A stretch of DNA of 64,000 bases from an uncultured Verrucomicrobiota bacterium (lineage in GTDB: Bacteria; Verrucomicrobiota; Verrucomicrobiia; Palsa-1439; CAZOTB01): the NCBI GenBank assembly GCA_964582645.1, contig CAZOTB010000001.1, positions 2,845 through 66,844 of the forward strand, in the 5' to 3' direction. Shown piece by piece: positions 18,188-27,355 of the stretch (positions are counted from its first letter, which is position 1; every line of letters begins with the position of its first letter). The position numbers and the translations under genes are program-made. Below the pieces are notes generated by a model, which was not told the origin of the DNA, searched no databases, and saw only the letters and a list, made by a program, of their open reading frames with translations.

Positions 18188-18714
18188 GGTTATTGGTTAT
18201 CAGTTATTCGTTACTGACTGACCGGAGGCAAAGATATGAGCGAGAAGATCATGACGCTCGAGGATTTGAAATGCTGGCAGGCTTGTCGGGCCTTGCGATT
18301 GTTTGTGACCCGCGAAGTCGTACCTCTCTTGCCGAGGGCGGAACGATATCGCTTGATTGATCAGCTCGTCCGTGCGGCGCGTTCGACGACCTCCAATATC
18401 GCGGAAGGCTACGGACGATTTCATTATCTCGACAACGCCAAGTTCTGTAGCAACTCGCGCGGCTCCTGCTGGGAAGTGCTCGACCATTTGATCGCAGGTC
18501 GCGACGAGGGATTGATTTCCGAGGAAATGCTCGCCAAGGGCCGCCAGTTGGTCGGCGACGCGGTCAAGTTACTCAACGGCTACATGAACTACCTCAAAGC
18601 CGCCGGCGATCGCCCTCAAGGCATCGCCCGCGAAGCCCAATCCGAGTATTACGTAACTCACGTGACGAACGCCCAGCCGGAGAACGAGTAACCAATAACC
18701 AATAACCAATAACG
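18188..18714. mobile_element. Candidate MITE-like family-B palindromic element carrying a passenger gene
   Basis: Left arm GGTTATTGGTTATCAGTTATTCGTTACTGA (18188-18216) and right arm CCAATAACCAATAACCAATAACG (18690-18714) are inverted repeats of the same family as 10588..10690 and 59349..59436. They bracket the four-helix-bundle gene exactly at the position where the paralogous locus has only an empty palindrome. Confidence 0.45.
18236..18691 (+). CDS. Four-helix-bundle protein (TIGR02436 / '23S rRNA intervening-sequence protein' family)
   Basis: 151 aa; the NIAEGYGR motif, size and helical character are typical of this family. Confidence 0.75.
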   Translation: MSEKIMTLEDLKCWQACRALRLFVTREVVPLLPRAERYRLIDQLVRAARSTTSNIAEGYGRFHYLDNAKFCSNSRGSCWEVLDHLIAGRDEGLISEEMLAKGRQLVGDAVKLLNGYMNYLKAAGDRPQGIAREAQSEYYVTHVTNAQPENE

Positions 18715-18718
18715 ATCC

Positions 18719-20590
18719 GTGCCGATTCTAAGCCCCATCCAAAAACGTTCCCCCGCCGGTCGGGTGTTGGTCGCGGCGATGTACGTCATCTGCATCGTCG
18801 GGTCGGCGTGGATGGTTTATCCGTTCCTGCTCATGGTCAGCGGCTCGGTCAAGAGCGAGGTGGATATGCGCAAGTTCGACATCTTCCCGCGCTACGTCCA
18901 CGACGACGTCATCTTGTTCCGCAAATTCGAGGAGCAACGCTACGGCGGACAGCTCGATGCGTTCACGGCTGCCTGCCGGTATTCGGACACCAACGCGCGG
19001 CCGCTGTCGTCCTTCGAGTTCCTGCCAACCCCAACTGATCCGCCGACGGCCGTGCTCGCGGATTGGAATGAATTCACCCGGGACTGCCGGTCATGGCCGC
19101 GCCACTACCTGCAGCTCGGCCACAATTTCGGCTACAAGACGTTCCCCGAGGTCACGCTTGAATACCAGCACCGGCTCTGGGAAGCGTTCCCCGATGTTCC
19201 GAAGATTCAACTCGCCACCGCGCCACAACGTCTCCTGATCCAGGAAAAATGGCAGACGCGCGCCTACCAATCCGTGCAAGGTCCGTATGCGCCAATCTAC
19301 GACAAACTGCGCAGCGACCTGCCCGACCGCTATTTCATTCCCACCGCGATCGAGGGCACGTTCGTCACCACGCTCCTGCAATCCCGGTACGGCACGGGCA
19401 CCAACGGAGTCGCCAAGCTGAACAAGAAATGGGGAACGAACTTCGCCAGCGTGTTCGACGCCTCGCTCAACGTCACGCCGCCGACACAAGCCGGGCAACG
19501 CGACGACTGGTGGGAGTTCGTGCGCACCAGTCTCTCGGCGCGGTTCATCCGGCTGGATGACGCGTCGCTGCTGAAGTTGCGGGAATTTCTCCGGGAGAAA
19601 TACAAGGACATCGCCAAGCTGAACACGATCTACGGCGCTGCGTATCCCGATTGGAGCGCGATCCACTTCGAGCCGACCCGCGCGCCGATCGCCGCCTACG
19701 CCGACGTCGAGGGATTCGTGCAGACGCTCGCATCGCCGGAAGGCCTTTCGCTCGACGGTCCCGAGTTTCGCTGGCGTGAGTTTGTGAAGACGAAGTACGG
19801 CGATCTCGCGGCGTTCAATCAAGCGCATGGGACAGACTACACGTCATTCGATCACGTCAAGATGCCCCTGCTCGCCGCCGATTGGGCGATCATGAAAGCC
19901 AACCGCTGGCCAATCGTCCGCGAGTACCTGACCCGGAACTACCGGGTGGTGTGGGATTACCTGTCGGTGCAGGGCCGCGCCGTGCAGAACACGATCATCT
20001 TTGTGGTGCTCAACATTGTGACCGCGCTGATCGTCAACCCGCTCGCTGCGTACGCGTTGTCCCGCTTCCAACCGCGGTGGAGTTACAAAGCGTTGTTTCT
20101 CCTGATGGCAACGATGGCGTTCCCGGGCGAAGTGACGCAGATCCCCGCGTTCCTCCTGCTGCGCGACCTTGGTTTCCTCAACACGTTCGCCGCGCTGGTC
20201 ATCCCCGCCGCCGCCAACGGGTACTCGATCTTCCTGCTCAAAGGTTTCTTCGACAGCCTGCCGAAGGACCTCTACGAATCCGCCACGCTCGACGGGGCCG
20301 GGGAGTTTCGCGTGTTCTTCACCATCACCATGCCGCTCTCCGCGCCGATCCTTGCCGTGATCGCGCTCGGGGCGTTCACCAGCGCGTATGGCGCGTTCAT
20401 GTTCGCACTGCTGGTCTGCCAGAAGCAGACAATGTGGACGATCATGGTCTATATCTACCAGTTGCAGCAGCTCTACAACGTTCCGATCGTCTTCGCCTCG
20501 CTTGTGATCGCCGCCATCCCGACGCTGATCGTCTTTACGCTGTGCCAGAACGTAATCATGCGCGGGATTGTGGTGCCGGTGGAGAAATAG
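18719..20590 (+). CDS. ABC importer MalG-type permease with large repeat-containing periplasmic loop (paralog of 10692..12614)
   Basis: ORF track, 623 aa. TM1 AAMYVICIVGSAWMVYPFLLMV; loop repeats LNTIYGAAYPDW and FNQAHGTDYTSFDHVKMP; EAA motif LYESATLDGAGEFRVFFTITMPL. Confidence 0.8.
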   Translation: MPILSPIQKRSPAGRVLVAAMYVICIVGSAWMVYPFLLMVSGSVKSEVDMRKFDIFPRYVHDDVILFRKFEEQRYGGQLDAFTAACRYSDTNARPLSSFEFLPTPTDPPTAVLADWNEFTRDCRSWPRHYLQLGHNFGYKTFPEVTLEYQHRLWEAFPDVPKIQLATAPQRLLIQEKWQTRAYQSVQGPYAPIYDKLRSDLPDRYFIPTAIEGTFVTTLLQSRYGTGTNGVAKLNKKWGTNFASVFDASLNVTPPTQAGQRDDWWEFVRTSLSARFIRLDDASLLKLREFLREKYKDIAKLNTIYGAAYPDWSAIHFEPTRAPIAAYADVEGFVQTLASPEGLSLDGPEFRWREFVKTKYGDLAAFNQAHGTDYTSFDHVKMPLLAADWAIMKANRWPIVREYLTRNYRVVWDYLSVQGRAVQNTIIFVVLNIVTALIVNPLAAYALSRFQPRWSYKALFLLMATMAFPGEVTQIPAFLLLRDLGFLNTFAALVIPAAANGYSIFLLKGFFDSLPKDLYESATLDGAGEFRVFFTITMPLSAPILAVIALGAFTSAYGAFMFALLVCQKQTMWTIMVYIYQLQQLYNVPIVFASLVIAAIPTLIVFTLCQNVIMRGIVVPVEK

Positions 20591-20699
20591 TGTGGCGCCG
20601 TAGCCGCGAGCGTAAGCGAGTGGCCGAACCGCTCGCTTGCGCTCGCGGCTACAATCGCAGTTGACCTTTCCTTCGTTCCACTCTTTCTTCTGAAGTTGC

Positions 20700-21827
20700 A
20701 TGAAGCGCTGGCTCATCGTCCTTCTGATCCTTGCCATCGCGGGTGGGACCTGGTTTGGCGTCCATCGGCTGCGTACCGCCGCGCTCACATCAAAGGAGAA
20801 GGTTACGCCCACGAGCACGGCGGAGATTCGCACCATTCAGGAAACCGTCAGCATCGTTGGCGAAATCGCCTCGGCGCTTTCCATTGAGATCAAATCCGAG
20901 GTCAGCGGACAGATCACGCAGGTCCGCGTCGGCAACGGCTCCGCCGTCACCAACGGACAGGTGCTGCTCACGCTCGACCGGTCGCAGCTTGAAAGCCAGC
21001 GTCAGGAAATCGAAGCCGCCATCCAGTCGGCGTCGTTGCGGATGGAGAAAGCGAAGAACGATGCCGACCGGCTCGCGCCGTTGCACAAGAGTGGGCTGGC
21101 GACGGACAAGGATTTCACCAACAGCCGACTCGACCAAGCCATCGCCGAGAACGACCTCAAGCTGCAGCGGGCGAAACTCCAGACGCTGGAACAGCAGCTT
21201 TCCAAGACGGTGATCTACGCGCCCTGCGACGGCATGATCATCCAGTGCGACGCCCGCCCGGGCCAGGTCATCGTGGGGGCGTCGTCCGTGTCGCAGGGCA
21301 CCGTGTTGATGAAGATCGTCCAACTCGACCGCCTGCTGGTGAAGAGCAACGTCAACGAAGTGGACGCGCTCAAGCTGACCAAAGCCATGAAAGCTGCCAT
21401 CACGTTTGATTCGATCCCGGGCTTGAACCTCGAAGGCACGGTCGTGAGCGTCTCGCCCTCCGCGCAACAAACTGACGGCAAGGACGGCAGCAAAGAATCG
21501 CTCAAGCAGTTTCCCGTCGAGATCGCCTGTGCGCAGACCGACCCGCGCATCAAGCTCGGCATCAGCGCCAACGTCAAGATTCCCATCGCCGAAGTCAAAG
21601 ACGTCGTCGCGGTCTCGGTCGCCGCGGTGTTCACCGACACCACCAACAAGATCGCGTTTGTGAAGAATGGCGCCGCCTTCGCGAAACGCCCGGTCACCGT
21701 GGGCTTGAGCGACGCGCTGCATGTCGAGATCAAGAATGGTCTCGCCAAGGGTGATGTCGTTGCCACCGCCTATCCGCCCGAGTTTCAGCCCGCGAAGGAA
21801 AAGAAGAAGGACGACGATGATTGGTGA
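20700..21827 (+). CDS. Efflux-transporter periplasmic adaptor subunit (HlyD/MacA family membrane-fusion protein)
   Basis: N-terminal TM, coiled-coil region (LESQRQEIEAAIQSASLRMEKAKNDADRL...), beta-barrel/lipoyl-like segments; directly upstream of the FtsX permease and ABC ATPase. Confidence 0.8.
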   Translation: MKRWLIVLLILAIAGGTWFGVHRLRTAALTSKEKVTPTSTAEIRTIQETVSIVGEIASALSIEIKSEVSGQITQVRVGNGSAVTNGQVLLTLDRSQLESQRQEIEAAIQSASLRMEKAKNDADRLAPLHKSGLATDKDFTNSRLDQAIAENDLKLQRAKLQTLEQQLSKTVIYAPCDGMIIQCDARPGQVIVGASSVSQGTVLMKIVQLDRLLVKSNVNEVDALKLTKAMKAAITFDSIPGLNLEGTVVSVSPSAQQTDGKDGSKESLKQFPVEIACAQTDPRIKLGISANVKIPIAEVKDVVAVSVAAVFTDTTNKIAFVKNGAAFAKRPVTVGLSDALHVEIKNGLAKGDVVATAYPPEFQPAKEKKKDDDDW

Positions 21828-21829
21828 TC

Positions 21830-21916
21830 CAAGTTTGTAGTCGAGCGCTTCAGCGCGGTCTTGATGACTCGCATACCAATGTGCAGACCGCGCTGAAGCG
21901 CTCTACTACAAACTGT
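21830..21916. repeat. Perfect 29 bp inverted repeat hairpin between adaptor and permease genes
   Basis: AAGTTTGTAGTCGAGCGCTTCAGCGCGGTC ... GACCGCGCTGAAGCGCTCTACTACAAACT with a 25 nt loop; it shares the GCTTCAGC core with family-A palindromes. Confidence 0.55.
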
Positions 21917-21921
21917 CCCGT

Positions 21922-23157
21922 ATGAAAACCCTGCACGGTATTCTCAATGGACTCCGCCAGATCGGGGCGCACAAAGTTCGCTCTGCGCTCACCGTGCTGG
22001 GGATCGTGCTGGGCGTGGCGGCCACGGTGGCAATGATCGGATTGATCCAGGGCATGTTCGCCAACTGGCAACGCTGGATCGTGATGCAGGGCGGCATCGA
22101 GAAAATCGCGATCCTGAAACAAGCGCCGCCCGTCGCACAGAAACATCTCGCCAGCCTGTCGCCCGGTCGCACGTTGCGCGACGCCGACACGATCCGCCAG
22201 ACCTGCCCGCTCGTTACCCACGTCTCACCCGAGGTGGATCTGCCGAACCCGGTCCTCGAACGCGGCGGAAAACAGTGTCGCGTCACAGTGCAAGGAGCAA
22301 CACGCGACATCCTTGCCGTCAACGCCCACGAACTCGGTCACGGGCGATTTCTGAGCGATCTCGACGTCGAGCAATTCAAGCGCACCGCGGTGATCGGCAC
22401 GACGGTGCGGGAGGAATTGTTCCGCAGGGACGAAGACCCGATCGGCCAGCAGATTCGGATCAACGGCCAGCCGTTCACCGTCGTCGGTGTGCTCGCGCAT
22501 TACGAGCAGATGAGCGGCAAACGAAACATCCTGGAATTCCGAAACAAGATCGCGTTCATCCCGGTCAGCACGGCGCTCAAGACCTTCATGGGCAACGACC
22601 AGCTCACCTGGCTCAACGTCCGCGTCGCCAGCGCCGCGCATCTTGACGACGTGGTCGGCCAGTTGACGCGGACGTTGTTGCACACCCACCGCGGCATCGA
22701 GGATTTCAAGATTGATACCAAGGAGGAAATGCTCGCGCGCTTCGCCAGCGTCCGGCAGTCGTACATGTTCACGCTCGGCGGGATTGCCGGCATCTCGCTC
22801 CTGGTCGGCGGCATCGGCATCATGAACGTCATGCTCGCCTCGTTGAACGAACGCGTGCGTGAGATCGGCATCCGCAAAGCGGTCGGTGCGCGGAATTACG
22901 ACCTGTTCATTCAGTTTCTCTGCGAAGCTGTAACGCTGGCGGTGCTGGGCGGATTGCTCGGAATCATCGCGGGCACGTCGCTCGTGTACGCGCTGCAAAC
23001 CGCCGCCGTCCTTGGCGGCTCCGGCGCGCCGGAGTTCTCGGCGGGAGCAATGGTGATTGGATTTATATTCAGCGTGGTCGTCGGCATCGTCTCCGGCATC
23101 TATCCCGCCATCCGGGCCGCCCGGTTGGATCCGATCGTGGCGTTGCGATACGAATGA
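21922..23157 (+). CDS. ABC transporter permease, MacB/FtsX-like (periplasmic domain plus 4 TM)
   Basis: 411 aa. N-terminal TM ALTVLGIVLGVAATVAMIGLI, large periplasmic domain, C-terminal FtsX-like TMs. Confidence 0.85.
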   Translation: MKTLHGILNGLRQIGAHKVRSALTVLGIVLGVAATVAMIGLIQGMFANWQRWIVMQGGIEKIAILKQAPPVAQKHLASLSPGRTLRDADTIRQTCPLVTHVSPEVDLPNPVLERGGKQCRVTVQGATRDILAVNAHELGHGRFLSDLDVEQFKRTAVIGTTVREELFRRDEDPIGQQIRINGQPFTVVGVLAHYEQMSGKRNILEFRNKIAFIPVSTALKTFMGNDQLTWLNVRVASAAHLDDVVGQLTRTLLHTHRGIEDFKIDTKEEMLARFASVRQSYMFTLGGIAGISLLVGGIGIMNVMLASLNERVREIGIRKAVGARNYDLFIQFLCEAVTLAVLGGLLGIIAGTSLVYALQTAAVLGGSGAPEFSAGAMVIGFIFSVVVGIVSGIYPAIRAARLDPIVALRYE

Positions 23158-23161
23158 ACGT

Positions 23162-23854
23162 ATGCCACTCGCCGAATTCAGGCAGGTCCGGAAACTCTAC
23201 CGCGTGGCGGGTGAGGAAGTGCGCGCGCTCGACGGTGTGGATCTCGACATCGCAGAGGGCGACTTCGTGGCGATCATCGGACCCTCCGGCAGCGGCAAGT
23301 CCACGCTCATGCATCTTCTTGGTTGTCTGGACACGCCCACCGAAGGCAGCATCAAACTCGAAGGCGTCGAACTGAGCAAGGCCGGGTCGAATCAACTGGC
23401 CGATATCCGCAATCGCAAGATCGGGTTCGTGTTCCAGTCGTTCAATCTTCTGCCGCGGTTGAGCGTATTGCAGAATGTGGAGCTTCCACTGATCTACATG
23501 GGATCAGCCAACCGCTCTCGCCGAGAAAGTGCCATGCGAACCCTCGAACAAGTGGGTATCGCGGATCGGGCCAGGCACGCGCCGACCCAACTCTCCGGTG
23601 GTCAGAGCCAGCGCGCCGCCATCGCCCGCGCGCTCGTCAACGATCCGAAGATTCTGTTGGCCGACGAACCCACCGGCAACCTGGACAGTCACACCGGTGA
23701 AGCCATTCTCGAGCTGTTCCGCGATCTCAACCGCAAAGGCCGCACCGTTGTCATCGTGACCCATGATCCCAAGATCGCCGCGCAAGCCAATCGTCGCATC
23801 GAGATCCGGGATGGGAGGATTGTGGATCCGGCTCGCCGTTCGACTCCGGAGTGA
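23162..23854 (+). CDS. ABC transporter ATP-binding protein (MacB/LolD-type)
   Basis: Walker A GPSGSGKST, signature LSGGQSQR, Walker B ILLADEPT. ATG at 23162 lies 5 nt after the permease stop. Confidence 0.9.
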   Translation: MPLAEFRQVRKLYRVAGEEVRALDGVDLDIAEGDFVAIIGPSGSGKSTLMHLLGCLDTPTEGSIKLEGVELSKAGSNQLADIRNRKIGFVFQSFNLLPRLSVLQNVELPLIYMGSANRSRRESAMRTLEQVGIADRARHAPTQLSGGQSQRAAIARALVNDPKILLADEPTGNLDSHTGEAILELFRDLNRKGRTVVIVTHDPKIAAQANRRIEIRDGRIVDPARRSTPE

Positions 23855-23863
23855 CTCACCGCA

Positions 23864-23934
23864 CAAGCTAAAGCGTGAACTACCAACGCTTCGCCAAGTG
23901 GGGCGCCAGCGTTCGTAGTTCAAGCTTTAGCTTG
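23864..23934. repeat. REP-like extragenic palindrome, family A, between convergent genes
   Basis: CAAGCTAAAGCGTGAACTACCAACGC ... GCGTTCGTAGTTCAAGCTTTAGCTTG; overlaps the 3' end of the thioesterase gene. Confidence 0.6.
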
Positions 23935-24345
23935 CCGTTCCAGCGCTACGCGCAATGTTTCCGGCAAACCCTGTGGCTTCTCCTGCAAGTCCGTGCATGC
24001 GTGAATCGTCCTGGCGGTCGCGATCAGTTTTCCACCCGCCGCGCGCACGACGCGATAGTCAAACGTGAGCTTCACTTTCCCAATTTCGACTACCACAACC
24101 TCGATTTGCACCTCGTCGTCGTAGCGCGCAGCGCCCTTGTAGTCCACGTGGCAGGCGATCACCGGGAGCATGACGCCCTGCTCGATGAGCGATTGAAACG
24201 TCACGCCGATGTGGCGAAAGAATTCGTTGCGCGCCCGTTCAAGCCAGTCCACGTACCGCGCGTAATAGACATGGTTGCCGACTGTGCAGTCGGAATAGGG
24301 GACGCGATAGGTGATGGAGAATGGGGAATTGGATGCGGGGTTCAT
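23920..24345 (-). CDS. Acyl-CoA thioesterase, YbgC/4HBT hotdog family
   Basis: 141 aa; FSITYRVPYSDCTVGNHVYYARYVDWLERARNEF matches the 4HBT hotdog fold. Confidence 0.75.
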   Translation of the reverse strand: MNPASNSPFSITYRVPYSDCTVGNHVYYARYVDWLERARNEFFRHIGVTFQSLIEQGVMLPVIACHVDYKGAARYDDEVQIEVVVVEIGKVKLTFDYRVVRAAGGKLIATARTIHACTDLQEKPQGLPETLRVALERQAKA

Positions 24346-24369
24346 GGTTCAGCGTTCCGGGTTCAAGGT

Positions 24370-25293
24370 TCAGGGCTCGATGACTACGGGCGTTCCGATT
24401 TCGAGCAACTTCGCCAACGCCTCGACGTTCCAGTTGGCGAGCCGGAAACAACCGTGGCTCTCGGTCTTGCCAATGTCCTCGGGTTTGGGCGTGCCGTGGA
24501 TGCCGTAGCCGGTACGGTCGAGGCCGATCCAGTACACGCCGACCGGATTGTTCGGGCCGGGCGGAAGGATGAGTTTGCTGGTGATGGTCTTCGATTCAGG
24601 TGATTCGGCAAACACGGCGGGGTCCCACGTGAAGTTCGGGTTCGGCGCGAAGGTTTTCACCTTGAGTTCGCCCACGGGACGCCGCTCCTTGTCTTTGCCG
24701 ATGGAGCAGGGGAAAAATCCGATGATCCGGTCTCGATCGCCATACGCGATGATGACCTTGCGACCGAGCTTGATGCGCACCACGTTCGCCTTCTCGGCGG
24801 GGCGGGAGACGAGCACGTTGGGCACATTCAACGTCTGCCCCGCTTTCGCGCGCGCGAAGTCCACCTCGGAATTCAACGCCTGGAGGAACTGCTCCGCGCA
24901 ATGAAACCGTTCCGCGATCCGTTCGAGCAACGTCTCGTGGGAGAGCGACGTCTGTTCCGACTTGCCCTTCCACGTCAGTGGCACGGGAGCGAGATCCGTC
25001 AGGTCGTCCTCCGTGACCGTGTACGTGGTGAACCAGTCCGTGTTCGTGCCGAGCAAGGCCCGCTCCGTTTCCGGGCCCATCGTGCCATCCACCCGCAGGC
25101 TGTGCGTCTCCTGCCATGCCATGATTGCCTGCTTGGTCCGGCTGCCGAACTTTCCGTCCACGCAGCCGGGCGAGAACCCTTGCCGGTCGAGCGCGATCTG
25201 CCACTCGGCGAGCGGCGACGCGACCTGTGCGTCCAGCGGAATGAGCACAGAGCATGAAAGGCAGAGGTTCGCGATCCAGAGCGCCGGTCGCAT
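24370..25293 (-). CDS. L,D-transpeptidase (YkuD domain) with N-terminal peptidoglycan-binding domain
   Basis: Signal peptide; PG-binding-like QGFSPGCVDGKFGSRTKQAIMAWQ; catalytic motif HGCFRLANW. Confidence 0.8.
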   Translation of the reverse strand: MRPALWIANLCLSCSVLIPLDAQVASPLAEWQIALDRQGFSPGCVDGKFGSRTKQAIMAWQETHSLRVDGTMGPETERALLGTNTDWFTTYTVTEDDLTDLAPVPLTWKGKSEQTSLSHETLLERIAERFHCAEQFLQALNSEVDFARAKAGQTLNVPNVLVSRPAEKANVVRIKLGRKVIIAYGDRDRIIGFFPCSIGKDKERRPVGELKVKTFAPNPNFTWDPAVFAESPESKTITSKLILPPGPNNPVGVYWIGLDRTGYGIHGTPKPEDIGKTESHGCFRLANWNVEALAKLLEIGTPVVIEP

Positions 25294-25325
25294 ACGCGCG
25301 TGGCTTTATAGCGCGTGTCGCCTCG

Positions 25326-25354
25326 TTGACAATCAATTTTGGCATCGCTAAAGT
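25326..25354 (+). promoter_or_regulatory. Candidate sigma70-type promoter TTGACA-N17-TAAAGT in the divergent intergenic region
   Basis: TTGACA at 25326-25331 and TAAAGT at 25349-25354, 7 nt upstream of the ATG at 25362. Confidence 0.4.
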
Positions 25355-25361
25355 CGTGTTA

Positions 25362-25841
25362 ATGAAAATGGCCTGGGTCTGGATGCTCGTGTGTTGTCTC
25401 GGACTGCCCGCGTGCGCCGAGGTTGCACCGAAGGCAGTGAAAATCACCAAGGTGCAGCACGACACCTATCCGCAGAAACAGGAGTCAGCGCTGGCTCGAG
25501 AGATCGGCCCGAATGAAACGGGCAAATTCAAGGAACTGCGCGAAGATTTCAAACCTCAGCCGGACGGCGAATATTTCACCGTGATTTGGAAATCACTCGC
25601 ACGCGAGCCGCTCAAGAACGTGACCGTGACACTGCAATATCGGCAGGCAAACAGCCCGAAGCTGCAGTCCACGACCGTGCAACTGGCGGAAGTGCGCCGG
25701 GGAACGACCATTTCAAAGTTTCGCGTGGTGGGCGAGGAATATACCAAAGGCGGCGCCGTCACTGCTTGGAAGACGGAAGTGTCCGGAGAAGGCCGGACGC
25801 TCGATTCATTCCATTCGTTTCTCTGGAAAGACCCGAGCTGA
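25362..25841 (+). CDS. Hypothetical secreted protein
   Basis: Within ORF 25254..25841; ATG at 25362 gives a signal peptide MKMAWVWMLVCCLGLPACA. Confidence 0.5.
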   Translation: MKMAWVWMLVCCLGLPACAEVAPKAVKITKVQHDTYPQKQESALAREIGPNETGKFKELREDFKPQPDGEYFTVIWKSLAREPLKNVTVTLQYRQANSPKLQSTTVQLAEVRRGTTISKFRVVGEEYTKGGAVTAWKTEVSGEGRTLDSFHSFLWKDPS

Positions 25842-25873
25842 ACTGCGGCGGGCTACGCAAGCCGGGAGACGCT

Positions 25874-27355
25874 ATGACGTTGGTGGAACTATTCGAGAAG
25901 TCGGTGGCGGCGCACCCCAACCGCACCGCCATCTTCTTCGGAGATCAGAAGTTCACCTATCGCTCGCTCTCCGATCAGAGCGCGGCAGTCGCGGCAACGC
26001 TCACAGGCAAACTCGGCGTCGCACCGAACGACCGCGTGGCGATCCTCCTCAAGAACTGTCCCGAGTATATCCCGTCGCTGTTCGGCATTTTCTCCGCGGG
26101 CTCGACTGCGGTCCCGATCAACAACTTTCTCAAGGAGCCCGAGATCGAGTTCATCCTGCGCGACTCGGGGGCAACGGTGTTGATCACGTCGGATGACTTC
26201 AAGGAGATGCTTCCAAAACTCCAGTCAGCACTGCCTTCGCTTAAAGTATGGAATGTCGCCTCACTGGCAACGCCGGTCACGCTCGACCCGCCCCGCCCCC
26301 CGCTCCACGATTCCTCTCTCGCCGTCATCGTCTATACCAGCGGCACCACCGGCAAACCGAAAGGCGCGATGCTCACCCACGGGAATCTCGTCTCGAACGT
26401 GCAAAGTTGCACCGAATTGCTCCACGCAAACCCGCGCGATCGGTTCACGCTGATGCTGCCCATGTTTCACAGCTTCATGTTGACCGTCTGCATTCTCACA
26501 CCTCTGAGCATGGGCGCGGGAGTCATTCTGGTGCGATCGCTGCAACCGTTCAAACCCGTGCTGCAGGAGTTCATCAAGCGCCGCGCCACCATCTTCATCG
26601 GCATCCCGCAGATCTTCACCGCGATGGCCCACGCCCACGTCCCGTTCTGGGTGCACTGGTTGTTCAGTTTCCGTCTGGCCGTGTCGGGTTCGGCACCGCT
26701 CTCGATGGAAACGTTCACCAACTTCTCGAAGAAGTTTCGTTTCCCACTGTGCGAAGGTTACGGCCTGAGCGAAGCTTCTCCCGTCGTCAGTTTCAACCCG
26801 ATCAACGGCGAACGGAAACCCGGCACGGTCGGATTGCCCCTCGCAAAGGTGGAGGTGAAAATTGTTGACGATCAGGAGCGGGAGTTACCCGTGGGGCAGG
26901 TCGGCGAGATCGTTGTGCGCGGGCCAAATGTAATGCGTGGATACTGGAATCAACCCGAGGAAACCGAGAAGGCGCTCCGAAACGGCTGGCTGCACACGGG
27001 TGACCTGGGCAAACTCGACGGCGACGGTTATCTCACCATCGTGGATCGCAAGAAGGAAATGCTCATCGTTCACGGCATGAACGTCTATCCGCGCGAGATT
27101 GAAGAAGTGCTGCACAACATCGAAGGAGTCAAAGGCGCGGCGGTCGTGGGCAAGGCGGCACCGCAGGGCGAGTTGCCGATCGCGTTCGTGGAGACGGTCG
27201 AAGGAGTGCAACTCGATGCACGTTCGATCCAGAAGCACTGCCGGCAGCAGTTGGCGGATTACAAAGTGCCTCGCGAGGTGCGAATTGTGCAAAGCCTCCC
27301 GCGCACTGCGACCGGCAAGATCGCCAAACTGGAACTGAAGAAGCAGGTGGGGTAG
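25874..27355 (+). CDS. Long-chain-fatty-acid--CoA ligase (AMP-binding family)
   Basis: AMP-binding motif IVYTSGTTGKPKGAMLTH; LHTGDLG; C-terminal PRTATGKI. ATG at 25874 within ORF 25586..27355. Confidence 0.85.
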   Translation: MTLVELFEKSVAAHPNRTAIFFGDQKFTYRSLSDQSAAVAATLTGKLGVAPNDRVAILLKNCPEYIPSLFGIFSAGSTAVPINNFLKEPEIEFILRDSGATVLITSDDFKEMLPKLQSALPSLKVWNVASLATPVTLDPPRPPLHDSSLAVIVYTSGTTGKPKGAMLTHGNLVSNVQSCTELLHANPRDRFTLMLPMFHSFMLTVCILTPLSMGAGVILVRSLQPFKPVLQEFIKRRATIFIGIPQIFTAMAHAHVPFWVHWLFSFRLAVSGSAPLSMETFTNFSKKFRFPLCEGYGLSEASPVVSFNPINGERKPGTVGLPLAKVEVKIVDDQERELPVGQVGEIVVRGPNVMRGYWNQPEETEKALRNGWLHTGDLGKLDGDGYLTIVDRKKEMLIVHGMNVYPREIEEVLHNIEGVKGAAVVGKAAPQGELPIAFVETVEGVQLDARSIQKHCRQQLADYKVPREVRIVQSLPRTATGKIAKLELKKQVG

